The notes under the pieces are model-generated. The model saw only the letters and a program-made list of their open reading frames with translations, ran no database searches and was not told where the DNA came from. Position numbers and translations under genes: made by a program. Below are positions 1 to 13,943 of a stretch of DNA of 64,000 nucleotides, piece by piece (within the stretch, counting starts at the first letter, position 1; each line of letters starts with the position of its first letter). Origin of the DNA: Macrostomum lignano (taxonomy: Eukaryota); NCBI GenBank assembly GCA_002269645.1, contig NIVC01000886.1, positions 1 to 64,000 on the forward strand, written 5' to 3'.

Positions 1-201
1 TACTCAACTCCGCTCCAGCCTACTTATCTCCGCTCCAGCCTACTTATCTTTGCTCCAGCCTACTCAACTCCGCTCCAGCCTACTCAACTCCGCTCCAGCC
101 TACTCATCTCCGCTCCAGCCTACTCAACTCCGCTCCAGCCTACTCATCTCCGCTCCAGCCTACTCAACTCCGCTCCAGCCTACTCATTTTCGCTCCAGCC
201 T
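1..201. repeat. 20-bp minisatellite (TACTCAACTCCGCTCCAGCC), truncated by window start
   Basis: About 10 near-identical tandem units read directly. Confidence 0.95.
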
Positions 202-937
202 AAAGTTGGGTTTATAAGAAAAACGCTAATTTAATGTTACTAGAGATTGACACAGATATAGATTATGTATTATTATTATATTTATATAAAGTTAACCGTT
301 CACAACATTTTAGCATTTAACAACATGCACCCTATAAACAACATTCACAGGAGTCCAGGACTATGACTGTGATAGAAAAGTTTAGTCAGCAAAGCAAACA
401 AAATTAACAAAAATAAATTTGTAAGTTAATTCAATTTAATGAATGAATGAACTAATACATTATACTAGTAAACTAGTTCATTCTAGTTATTTCTAGTGAC
501 ATTCAACTAGTAAATAAAGCTTTAATAACTGTGCGCTCGATAAATAATTGAATCGTGAGGGTGGTGTTTTGTTTTGTTTTTAACGGGGTGTTTAACGCTA
601 AACATACTATTATCAGAAAGCCGTTAACAACATTTTATACATTCATTCCTTTGGCAGGTAGATTCCTGGTTGGCAAGCGTTTTAGCTTTTCACTGTATGC
701 AATAAAAACAATGCAAAAATGCATACAAAACGCAAAATATGCAAAATACTGAATACAAAATTTATGCATTTCACAAAATGCTGCAGTGTCAATATAAAAG
801 ATTAAGCTTACTGCAATCAAGATGGCAAACAGCCATGGAAAAGTGCAAGTTGAGCACAGATCAGAACAAAATTACCCGATTTATAAAAGTGCAAAATCAG
901 CAGCATTGGCGGATTTGAATTGAAATGCAATTGGATA

Positions 938-1110
938 TTGGGCGATTCCCACAGCTATTAGGGGCGATTCTCACAGCTATTAGGGGCGATTCTCACAGCT
1001 ATTAGGGGCGATTCTCACAGCTATTAGGGGCGATTCTCACAGCTATTAGGGGCGATTCTCACAGCTATTAGGGTCGATTTCCAAAGCTATTAGGGGCGAT
1101 TCTCACAGCT
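938..1110. repeat. 22-bp minisatellite (GGGGCGATTCTCACAGCTATTA)
   Basis: Unit starts at 961, 983, 1005 and onward. Confidence 0.95.
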
Positions 1111-1365
1111 ATTTATCATTATATTTTTACATTCAAAATACAGTCAAAGTGGCAGTCAAAGTCAGAAATTCTCCAGCTAAGTCGCCAGGCTCCGCAGCTC
1201 TTCATCAGGATCTGTTCGGGTGCCGCAAGAACCTGTGAGAGCTCCGCAAGCTGCACATGTCGGTCAGATTTTGATTTCTGCGGCATGCTAAAAGTAAAGC
1301 CAAATTGCGTAAATTTTGAATTTTCAAGCTTAATAAAAACCAATATTCAGATTCTTGATGGAGCA

Positions 1366-1900
1366 CTCTACCCCTCTCCTCACTCTACCCCACTCCTCAC
1401 TCTACCCTCTCCTCACTCTACCCCTCTCCTCACTCTACCCCTCTCCTCACTCTACCCCTCTCCTCACTCTACCCCTCTCCTCACTCTACCCCTCTCCTCA
1501 CTCTACCCCACTCCTCACTCTACCCTCTCCCACTCTAGCCTCCCTCACTCTACCCCTCTTCATCAGTCTACCCTCCCCTCACTCTACCCCTCTCCTCAGT
1601 CTACCCCTCTCCTCACTCTACCCCACTCCTCACTCTACCCTCTCCTCACTCTACCCTCTCCCCACTCTACCCTCTCCTCACTCTACCCCTCTCCTCACTC
1701 TACCCTCTCCTCACTCTACCCTCTCCTCACTCTACCCCTCTCCTCACTCTACCCCTCTCCTCAGTCTACCCTCTCCTCAGTCTACCCCTCTCCTCACTCT
1801 ACCCTCTCCCCACTCTACCCTCTCCTCACTCTACCCTCTCCCACTCTACCCTCTCCTCACTCTACCCCTCTCCTTCTCACTCTACCCCTCTCCACTGTAC
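1366..1900. repeat. 16-17-bp pyrimidine-rich minisatellite (CTCTACCCCTCTCCTCA)
   Basis: Tandem units; explains the P/S/T/L-rich ORFs at 1285-1933. Confidence 0.95.
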
Positions 1901-2306
1901 CCCACCTCTCCATCTAAACGCTCTAATTGCTAAACTCATTCTCTCATTAGTTTTTCTACCATCCCCATTTAAGCTTTTAAATCGCCCTCTTGCTCTCCTA
2001 AATAAAAAGTCAAAGGCAAAATTTCATCAGGATCTTATTGAAGTATTGTGTACTTTAGTGTCAGTGAGAAAACATGCCGCAAGCAAAACTGGATAGACTT
2101 TAAAGGTGACGAATACTTGAAAAATAGGTTAGCTCTGAACACCAGAGCGCGACTGAATATCCAGGTAGATCTTACTCTGAAGCTCTGTCTGATCGTACTG
2201 ATAGAGGTGTACATTGTACACGTAACAGCCAAATTTCGCGATATTCCAAGTTTATTTTTCAGTCTGAACTTTTTTTGGTCTCGCTTAAATGAATGAATTT
2301 TAATGA

Positions 2307-5132
<2,826 letters not shown>

Positions 5133-5143
5133 GCATAATACTA

Positions 5144-5698
5144 TTCCTTTTTACGTTCTGCAATTTGATAAAAACTGCAACCAATTTGGCCACGGCTCAG
5201 CCTGACGCAGCCGCAGAAATTTTCCATAGACAGCCACCGCTAGCGGCAACCAATTTGGTAAAAACTGCGAGCTGTTTTGCCGGCTTGAAGATAGCAGCTC
5301 AATAGCATAACAATAACGATAAAGAATGTTAACAATACATGCACGAAGTCAGAACATTATGTCCTCAGCATTCAAGCACCGATTGAAGTACGTCTGGGAA
5401 TGGTTGATCCAGCGCAGGCACTTGAGAGGCGTGATGCCAAGCTGCCAAGCTCTCCCCAGTCGTCGCCACTCCTGTACGCTCTCACGATTCGCTCTCGATC
5501 CAGCTGACTTATCTTTTGGTACGGCCCACGATTCGCAATCAGAGCAGCTGCTATCTTCAAGCTGGCGGAATGGCTCGCAGTTTTTACCAGATTGGTTGCC
5601 GCTGGCGGTGGCTGTCTATGGAAAATTCTATGTCTATGGTCAGGCTGAGCCGTGGCCAAATTGGTTGCAGTTTTTATCAAATAGAACGTAAAAAGGTA
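5144..5698 (-). mobile_element. Non-autonomous Tc1/IS630-like DNA transposon, about 150-bp TIRs, transposase HTH remnant
   Basis: 5146-5300 is the imperfect reverse complement of 5545-5696; TA at 5142-5143 and 5699-5700; internal minus-strand YQKISQLDRERIVRAYRSGDDWGEL then, after a frameshift, QLGITPLKCLRWI (HTH-like). Confidence 0.75.
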
Positions 5699-5835
5699 TA
5701 TTTCAATCCACATATACTAAATACAAAATACCACCCCAGAAATAATGCACAAATTTAGCCAGCGCTGACCAATCCAAACATAATACATAAATGCAGCCAG
5801 CGCTGGCCACCCCAAATATAACATTGACAAATGTC

Positions 5836-6595
5836 AAGAGCCACCATATCGAACATGAAAGAGCTATCATGTCAAACATTAAAGAGCCACCATGTCAAAC
5901 ATTAAAGAGCCACCATGTCAAACATTAAAGAGCCACTTTGTCGAACATTAAAGAGCCACCATTTCGAACATTAAAGAGCCACCATTTCGAACATTAAAGA
6001 GCCACCATTTCGAACATTAAAGAGCCACCATGTCAAACCTAAAATTGCCACCATGTCTAACATAAAAGAGTCACCATGTAAAACATAAAAGACCAACCAT
6101 GTAAAACATAAAAGAGCCACCATGTAAAACATTTAAGAGCCACCATGTCAAACATATAGGTGACTTTATGTCAAACATTAAAGAGCCAACATGTCAAACA
6201 TTCAAGAGCCACCATGTCAAACATTAAAGAGCCACTTTGTCTAACAATAAAGAGCCACCATTTCGAACATTAAAGAGCCACCATGTCGAACATTGAAAAG
6301 CCACCATGTGAAACATTAAAGAGCTACCACGTCAAACCTAAAAGAGCCACCATGTCGAACATAAAAGAGCTACCATGTCAAACATTAAAGAGCCACCACT
6401 TCGAACATTAAAGAGCCACCATGTCAAACATAAAAGTGCCACCATGTCAAACATAAAAGTGCCACCATGTCAAACATAGAAGAGCCACCATGTCAGACAT
6501 TGAAAAGCCACCGTATCAAACATAAAAGAGTTACCATGTAGAACATAAAAGAGCCACCATGTCAACATAAAGAGCCACCATGTCAAACATAAAAG
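5836..6595. repeat. 23-bp minisatellite (AAACATTAAAGAGCCACCATGTC)
   Basis: About 33 diverged units; period from 5881 and 5904. Confidence 0.95.
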
Positions 6596-6671
6596 ATACA
6601 CAATTTTAAACGTAAAAGTAACCGAATTTTAAAGGAGCCGCTAAGGAAATTGTCGCACTAGCTACTTATTG

Positions 6672-6742
6672 TCTGGTGGATGCTTGCTATCCGGGGGATG
6701 CTTGCAATCTGGGGGATGCTTGCTATCTGGGGGATGCTTGCT
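6672..6742. repeat. 18-bp short tandem repeat (GGGGGATGCTTGCTATCT), 4 copies
   Basis: Read directly. Confidence 0.85.
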
Positions 6743-6856
6743 GTTTGGGATGATTTCTTTTAGCATTGCACTTCATTTTAGTTTTTTGTCTGTTTTCTTT
6801 GTGAAGGCTTTATTTCGCTATCTTTTTGTTACTTGTAGAGAACAGAGATTCAGATG

Positions 6857-9800
6857 GCCGGGGCTGTTGCCCCAGGACCCCGGGTCCTGCACGTAATGGC
6901 GTGGTGAACTATCTGTGCAGTATGAGACTGGTGTGGCCTTTATCCCAGCCAGCGATGCTCACACCTGCCTCCCCTGGCAGGCCGATAGCTCAAGAGACTC
7001 TGTCTCCTGATTTTCACCTTGCAAGGCGCACTTCGAAGGGTACTCGTCCCGTGGGTGTTAAGGCAGGCCCCCTTGGGCCCTGCCGAGCTGATTCGTTGGC
7101 GCCGGGTCCTGGTGTGACCATAAACGCACCCTCTAATGTCCCAGTGTAACTCCGTGCTGATGGACGCTTGGCCAGGGAGTAGTCTGGTCGCTAACGGTTC
7201 CCCTTGCGCTTTTGGGTCCCCCGCAGGGTGGTATTTTGCTTTTTGGGGGCCTGCCGCTTGGTTTGGGGTTGCGGCCTTGCGGCTCTTTGCCTGTGTTCTG
7301 CAGGAAGTCCCACCTTTTTACTTCCAGCCAATGGCTTCTAACCGAAGTAACAAACCGGCTGTGGATGACACAGTGCCTCCGGCCTCGGCTGGGGCCGTGG
7401 ACTCCTCGGCCATACCACCTGCTACCATCGGGGACGCCTCGGCGAGACCCGTGGAGCCAACTCTAAGCGGTGCCTCCGAGAAGACACCTGCTACTCCAGC
7501 TGCTAAGCAACGCAGCACCACCTCTGGAGCTGCCCGCCGTCGACTTAACAAGGCGAGGCGGACCAAGGAGGGCGGAAGCCAAACCGGTGCCAGGGGCCAA
7601 CGGCCCGCGGCAGCGGAAGCTTCCCAGTCTGGGGCGGTGGCGGAAGAGGGCCTCGAGCCCACGGAAGCCCCTGCCCAGGATAGAGAGGCCGATGCAGCCG
7701 GGAGGGTGGACAGCCCACCTGAAGAAAGCTCCACTGACCCCCGGGCCTCCTACGCTGATGCGGCAAAGAGGCAACCGGCGGTTGTCATCCTGGGAAAGGA
7801 CGCGCGCCTGTCTCCCGATCAGCTGAAGCAGGTGAGAAGTGCCGTTGATGGCCTCCTGTGGAAGCTTACTCTGAAGGGCACGCCTCTGAGCATTCATTCG
7901 AATGCGACGAGGGACTCGTGCCTTCTCATTTGGCCCAGTGATGCTGACTCGGGTCGGCGGCTCCTTGAGCTGCTGCCCGAGCAGAGCTGGGACCTCAACC
8001 TAGCCTTCTGCAGAGAAGACGAGCGCCCCCGGACCAAGAGGCATCGAATCTGGGTCCCTGCCAGGAGCGTTGTTACCTCTGCTGACGAGCTCCGGAAAGG
8101 ACTGCTAGCAGTCAACCGAGAGCTTCCCGCCGCGGGCCTTGTGGTGCATGACACCCTTAAGCGCACCGACGGCACTGGCTTCACAGCCATCCTGGGGCTG
8201 TCGGACGCCTGGATGAGGCGTTATCCACACGGCAGCTTCATCAACGTCGGCCTTTGGAAGCTGCGCATCCGCTCCTACGAGGCCGACCCTCCCCGTGGCA
8301 GTGAGCAGGGCGGGCCGACCAAGCAAAAGCCTAAGGTCACTTGGAGTCGGAACGTCAGGAACACCGATTGGGCCGCCTTTGGCTCGAAGCTGAGCCGCGG
8401 CCTTCGGGATCTTGACCCCCCCCCAGTGACCTCTCTGACTGCCAGGTGGTGGATGATCTCGCCTCCTCCCTGAGTGGGGCGATCACCACTGCCTTTGAAG
8501 CAGCCTGCCCTCTAAAAGCCTATAAAGGCAAGAAATCTGCTCCCTGGTGGAACCCAGAGCTCGGGGCCCTTCGGCGCCGAGCCAGGACCCTCCAAAGGCG
8601 AGCGCTCAAAACCAAAGACCCATCTGACAGAGAGGCCTATACCCGTGCGATCCACGAGTTTAAGGGCCAAGTCAGAAGGGCCAAGACGGCCAAGTGGCGC
8701 CAATACTGCGAAGGGCTTGAGGGCTCTCGCCCCGTAGCCCGCGTGGTTAAGGCACTCACGAATGACCGTTTTTCTAAACTCTCTGATGTAAAGAGACCTG
8801 ACGGCTCGGTCACAGGGAGCTCTGAAGAGACTCTGGAGCTAATGCTCAACAGTTTCTTCCCTAAATCTCCGACCCAGCAGGGCCCGCCTGACCACACAGT
8901 GGGAGGACAAGGCCTAGCAAAGTCTATAATCACCAAAGACCGCATTATTAGAGCGGCAAGGTCCTTTAACCCGTTCAAGGCGCCTGGGCCCGACGGCATC
9001 TACCCAGCGTTCTTGCACGAGGCGGCGAAAAACCACCGCTTTCTGGACCTCCTCTGTCGTCTCCTCCGAGCTTGTGTGGAACTGGGCTATGTACCAGTTG
9101 CGTGGAGAGAGGCCCGGGCGGTCTTTATCCCCAAGCCTGGAAAGAGCGATTACCAATCGGTGAAGGCCTTCAGGCCTATCAGCCTCACTTCTTTCTGCCT
9201 CAAGCTCCTCGAGAGACTGGTGCTCTGGCGCCTACTTTCAGTCGAGCTGAAGCGCTTCCCACTCTCGCAGAACCAGCACGCCTTCCGCGCGGGCAGGTCT
9301 ACCGAGAGTGCCCTCCATGTCATTGTTGACTTCCTAGAGAGGGCCGTTCTTGGCAGCGGCTTTGCCCTCTCGCTTTTTCTGGACATTGAGGGGGCCTTCG
9401 ACAACGTCATCTTCGAGGCCTTTTGCAGAGCCCTGGAATCCAGGGCCATGCACCCTCACCTTGTCCGGTGGATCATGTTCATGATCCGGAACCGCACTGT
9501 TGTGGCCCACCTGAACGGCAGCTCTCTTTCGGCGCCTGTCCAAAAAGGGGGCCCCCAGGGCGGAGTTCTCACCCCGTTCTCTGGAACATGGTCATGGATG
9601 AGCTGCTTTGCAGTGATCTCCACGACCCCATTCTCAAGGTGGGCTATGCCGATGACGTGACCGCGATCTGCGCGGGCCCCTCGGTTGACACCATCAGAGA
9701 CCTTCTGCAGGGCTTTCTGGGACGAGCGGAGCGTTGGGCAAACCAATGTGGCCTTAGACTCTCAGAGTCGAAAACCACAGCAGTCATGTTTACCAACAAA

Positions 9801-11461
9801 CTGCTCTGGACCATTAAGCCCCTCACCCTCTATGGAAAGAACATTTCCATGGAGAAGCAGGTCCGCTGCCTGGGCCTCACTCTGGACCACAGGCTCAACT
9901 GGACTCCGCACATTTAAACTAAAGCCAAAAAAGCCCTGGCTGTCCTGGCTCAGATCAGGCGCGCCGTGGGCACCACCTGGGGGCTCACCCCCAGGAAGCT
10001 GTGGTGGATTTACACTGCAATCATCCGCCCCTCGATCAATTACGCCAGCCTCGTGTGGGCTAGCGGTCTGGGCGTCAAGAGTAACCTCGACGCTCTCTAC
10101 AAAATCCAGGGCAGAGCCTGCCGCATGACTATGGGCGCTCCACCCTCTACTCCTTTTGAAGGCATGAATGCCTTCCTCTGCACCCCTCCTCTGGATATTT
10201 ATATCAAAGGAGAGGCGGCGAAGAGCACCCGGCGTCTTCTGGATGCTGGGGTGGCCTTCAAGAAAGTGCGGGCCTTTAAGAAGCGGTCGCTTATCCCGCA
10301 CTCTGACCTCTGCCTCAAGGCTCTAGAAGAATGTGGCGGGCTCAACATCCTCTCGGACTCGATCCCAGCCACCCTTCTCCTGAGCCAAAGGTATAAGGTC
10401 ACTATTCAGCCTCGACATGAGGCGAGTGACAGCTGGAGCGATTCTGAAGTCCACTGTTACACTGACGGCTCTATGAAGCATGGTCTTTCAGGCTTCGGAG
10501 CGTGCGTCTTCTTCAAGGGAGAAGTGGCGTGGAGCTACTCCCAGCACACTGGGCTCAACTCCAGTGTTTTTCAGAGCGAGGTGCTTGCCATCAGCTCCTG
10601 CGCGGCAGAACTGCGCCGAAGGCAGCTTAGCGGTCGGAAGCTTATTTTTCACTCTGACAGCCAAGCAGCCCTTCGGGCCCTCTGCCGCTGCACCACCAGC
10701 TCCAGGTCCGTCCTGGACTGCAACACCCAGCTCAACGGGCTTGCGCTAGGCAACCAGGTAGAGCTCAGATGGATCCCGGGCCACGCCGGTTTCCTCGGCA
10801 ACGAGCGCGCCGACCTGCTGGCCAAGGCTGGCTCCGCCGGCGCGCTGCTGGGGCCGGGCCCGGGGCCCCCATCCCCGCCTCGGTGATCAACTCCCGCGTT
10901 AAGCGCTGGGCTGACTCCGAGCATCTCCGCAGGTGGCACGACACCCGGAATTGTAGGCAATCCCGGGCGGCCGTCCCCTGCCCCTCCCCTCTCCTGCGTA
11001 GAGCCCTCCTCAGGCTCAACCGCAGAGACCTCAGAGCAGTTAGCATGGCCCTCTCCGGGCATGGCTGCTTCTCTCGCCACCGCTTTCTTCAGGGCCAGGT
11101 ACCCGAGGAGCGGTGCCCCTTCTGCCGCTCAGGCAGTGAAAACGCCGAGCATTTTATCTGCCACTGCCCGGTTTTCACCAGGGCCAGGCTCACTCACCTC
11201 GGGCCAAACCCGGTTCTCTCCGACGTTTGCAGGCCCGAGAGCATCCCGCTGCTCGCCCGGTACCTCAGGGACACGGGACGAGCCGATTTCTTCCCCACTG
11301 TCGGTGAGGAGGATCGCGCTGCAGGCGAGACCGACGGGTCCCCCTGAGCGACTTCACTTCAACGGAAGTCATTGGTCGCCAGGGGCTAGCGGAATGGGCG
11401 GTCTCCTCCGCCTCCCCGCTGCATCCGCCGGACGCCCCCTGCAGCTAAGTCAAGTAAGTCA
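6857..11461 (+). mobile_element. Full-length LOA/R1-group non-LTR retrotransposon: ORF1-like domain, RT, RNase H and C-terminal Cys/His motif, with no endonuclease domain
   Basis: 13-bp TSD AGAGATTCAGATG at 6844-6856 and 11462-11474; 3' tail (TAAGTCAAG)x2 at 11446-11463; coding from ATG 7331 to stop 11347 with three single-base shifts (about 8420, 9575, 10865); RT GYADD, RNase H YTDGS, FQSEVLAI, FHSDSQAAL, WIPGHAG, GNERADLLAK; CPFC-ENAEHFICHCP. Confidence 0.92.
7331..11347 (+). CDS. Retroelement polyprotein: ORF1-like region (SGAARRR basic motif, DUF4780-like domain) joined to RT-RNase H; reconstructed across 3 frameshifts
   Basis: ORFs 7136-8473, 8446-9660, 9423-9917/9966-10886 and 10769-11347 join with one-base corrections in C or G runs. 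The DUF4780 resemblance is recalled, not searched. Confidence 0.75.
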
Positions 11462-12318
11462 AGAGATTCAGATGTAGAGAACAGAGAAGAGATGTCCCCT
11501 AACGGGGGGCGAAGATTGCTAGTATGCTCCTCATAATTGCAGTCTCGCAGACCGGTCGTATGCTACGAGCGTACTGTAGAAGCAAAATATAAAACGCCCT
11601 GCTGCATACTGATTTGCGCAGCAGTCGATTCCAGCGCATGTGTGCGTACACGTGTGCACTACCCCTACAAAAATTGCGCTATGCGACGACAAGTGTAAAC
11701 GTGAAGCTTTGAAAGTCAGAAATTAATTCGGATGGACACTACATGTATTGATGCAATGGGTAGGTGGTGACTGTGAAATGATATAAATGATACATATTTC
11801 GAAACGATAAAAAGCTGCGCCGGCAATTCCGAGAGGGAGAGAGAGTTATAAACTAAGAAATTTTGCTGCATAAATATGCGAAATAAACGCACATTCCTTC
11901 TTCAACACAGCTGCTACGTAGTGAAGGTGCACAAATCTATAGCTGTGTAAATTATCATAGCATCTAGAAACCTTTTTGTTACTTTTTTCTAGCAAATTAG
12001 CTTCATGCACGCGATCGTAGGCTTTATAAGTGTATTTCACAGCTTTTTAATAATTTACATGTACTTCCAAATGCCATTATTTTCATCGCGCAGGTTCTGC
12101 GCACAACTGGATCATTCCGAGCCAATCAAGTCAAAGCTCACTCAGCCAAGGTGTACATTCCCCCGCGACCCCACCAACCCCCATGATCAGATTTGATAGT
12201 AAAGCGGGAGTCACACCCACTCACTCTCGGCCGCAAACCACAATCAGCGCTAACCTCATGCAGAAAACCTACCAAACTGACAACCAGCAATAGCCCCTGA
12301 CATTGTGCCGCAATCAAA

Positions 12319-13943
12319 ATGTCGACATTCAACCAGAAACTGGACAGCATGAAGGAGTCGCTCGCTTCGCTATTCAAAAGCCGTCGGACAAGCAAGTCGA
12401 GTCAGCGCACTACCAGCACCAGCAGCACTAGCTCTAACAATGCAACCGTCTGTCCGACTGAGGAAAGCGGCTCCGCCACCACGGCGAACACCATCTCGAC
12501 GCCGCAGAACGTCCGTCGTGTTCTGCATATCACTTTCGACGCTGGGCGACAGTCGTTCAGTGGCATTCCGGAGCACTGGAGGTCCTACTTTGGTCCCGCT
12601 GATAGCCACTCCTTTGCAGAGACTCTCACCGAAGCTGTCGAGGCGGAGACCCCACCTGGCGCTGTTAGAACAGACGATTCCGGCGTTTCCATGGCAACCA
12701 GTCCGAAGACGCCAACTTCAGCGGATCAGTCGGCCAACGAGAAGCCGCTAACGCCGCCCAAGGAGCTGCTGAGCCTGACCTACGACCGAAACAGCGGAAA
12801 GTTCGTCGACTTGCCGCCGCACTGGCAGGACCGACTGGAGCGCAACAACCTTCTGGAGCCCGAGTTCCAGAAGAATCCCGAGCTTCTCGTATCCGTGTTC
12901 GCCATGATGGACGAAGAGCTGAAGGCGATGAGTCTGGAAGGCATCAGTCTGGACAAGGGCATGTACTCGAGCTCGCCAGCTTCATCCAAAAATAACGACG
13001 GACTTAAGTAAGTGCTTTGCCTTGTTGAAACTAGTTTTACACTTTGCGTATGACACTGTACAGTAATAGAGTTCAATCTTTTTTTTGACGAGCTTGCATG
13101 CTACGACTGAGCTATTTTAGTATATCAAAAAATAGTTTAGGCATCGCTCATGATGTCAATTACAGCATCTTTCTGTTAGAAATCCTGCTGATCAATCTGG
13201 TGCCCTTCTAATGTCAATCTTATTCCCTTTTTATGTCACTCTGGTGTCACTCTGATGTCAAACTAGTGTCAATATATTGTCACTCTCTGTTGGGTCCTGC
13301 TGGTGTCAACCTCGTATTAATCTAGTGGGTTACTCTTATCACTCTGATGTACTGTATTTACTCACTTTACTGAACTTCAGGTAGGGTCCTTCCGTTGTCA
13401 CTCTGAAGTCACTCTGGTGTTACTTTAATGCCTCTCTGTTGTCACTCTGGTAGCTGGTTGTGATCTTGTGTAGTGGAGTCACTCTAGTGTCACTCTTTTT
13501 GTATAAGCAATCTTCCACAGTCGCCTTTTGTCCCTTCCCTTTAATTAAAGTTCCTCTTTTCTCTAATTAAAGCTGATGATACTCAAGTGCTACTCTTTCG
13601 TCATTCCGATGTTACTCGTTTCACTCTTTTATCACTTTAATGTTACTCTAGTGTCAAACTGGTGTCACTCTGGGTTCACTCTGGCCTGAATCTGACAGCA
13701 TCAAATGCGTAACGCCACCATCTACCACACTCCACTCGCATTTAACACACACGAAATCCACCAACATGTAGCTACGTGTACGAAATCGCTGCGGATAGTT
13801 CGAACTCCTCTAGCGAGCAGGACTTGCAACAGCAGCAGCAGCCCGAGCAGCCGACTAACCAGCAGCCGTCCAACTCGAGCTGGAATCGTCGTAGACCCTC
13901 GCTGGTTCGAATGCGAGCGGTAGCCGCTCCATCACTGAAGTGA
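12319..13943 (+). CDS. PAK-related CRIB/PBD protein with two PBD-like segments and no kinase domain (286 aa predicted)
   Basis: Exons 12319-13007 (donor GTAAGT, phase 2) and 13772-13943 (phase matches, stop TGA). Segments ISTPQNVRRVLHITFDAGRQSFSGIPEHW and TYDRNSGKFVDLPPHWQDRL-EFQKNPELLVSVF resemble the PAK1 PBD/inhibitory switch. Confidence 0.72.
13200..13690. repeat. Degenerate GTCACTCT-based intronic repeat
   Basis: Motif recurs irregularly inside the predicted intron 13008-13771. Confidence 0.6.

Noticed and set aside
1285-1933. Long P/S/T/L-rich ORFs
   Set aside because: They are translations of the 16-17-bp minisatellite.
1119-2296. Possible exons near 1130-1290 (minus) and 2058-2165 (plus), and a shared 13-mer TTCATCAGGATCT at 1201 and 2023
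   Set aside because: Splice signals exist but no frame or strand could be chosen and no family was recognised.
6857-7330. HDV-like ribozyme in the LINE 5' UTR, as reported for some non-LTR clades
   Set aside because: Only simple hairpins were found (CAGGACC/GGTCCTG, CCTGCC/GGCAGG); I could not fit the nested double pseudoknot by eye. A covariance-model search would settle it.
7212-11477. Many overlapping and antisense ORFs inside the LINE
   Set aside because: Expected shadow ORFs of GC-rich coding sequence, with no independent motifs.
12183-12293. 36-codon ORF upstream of the PBD gene
   Set aside because: Out of frame with the main ORF, and the transcription start is unknown, so a uORF cannot be supported.
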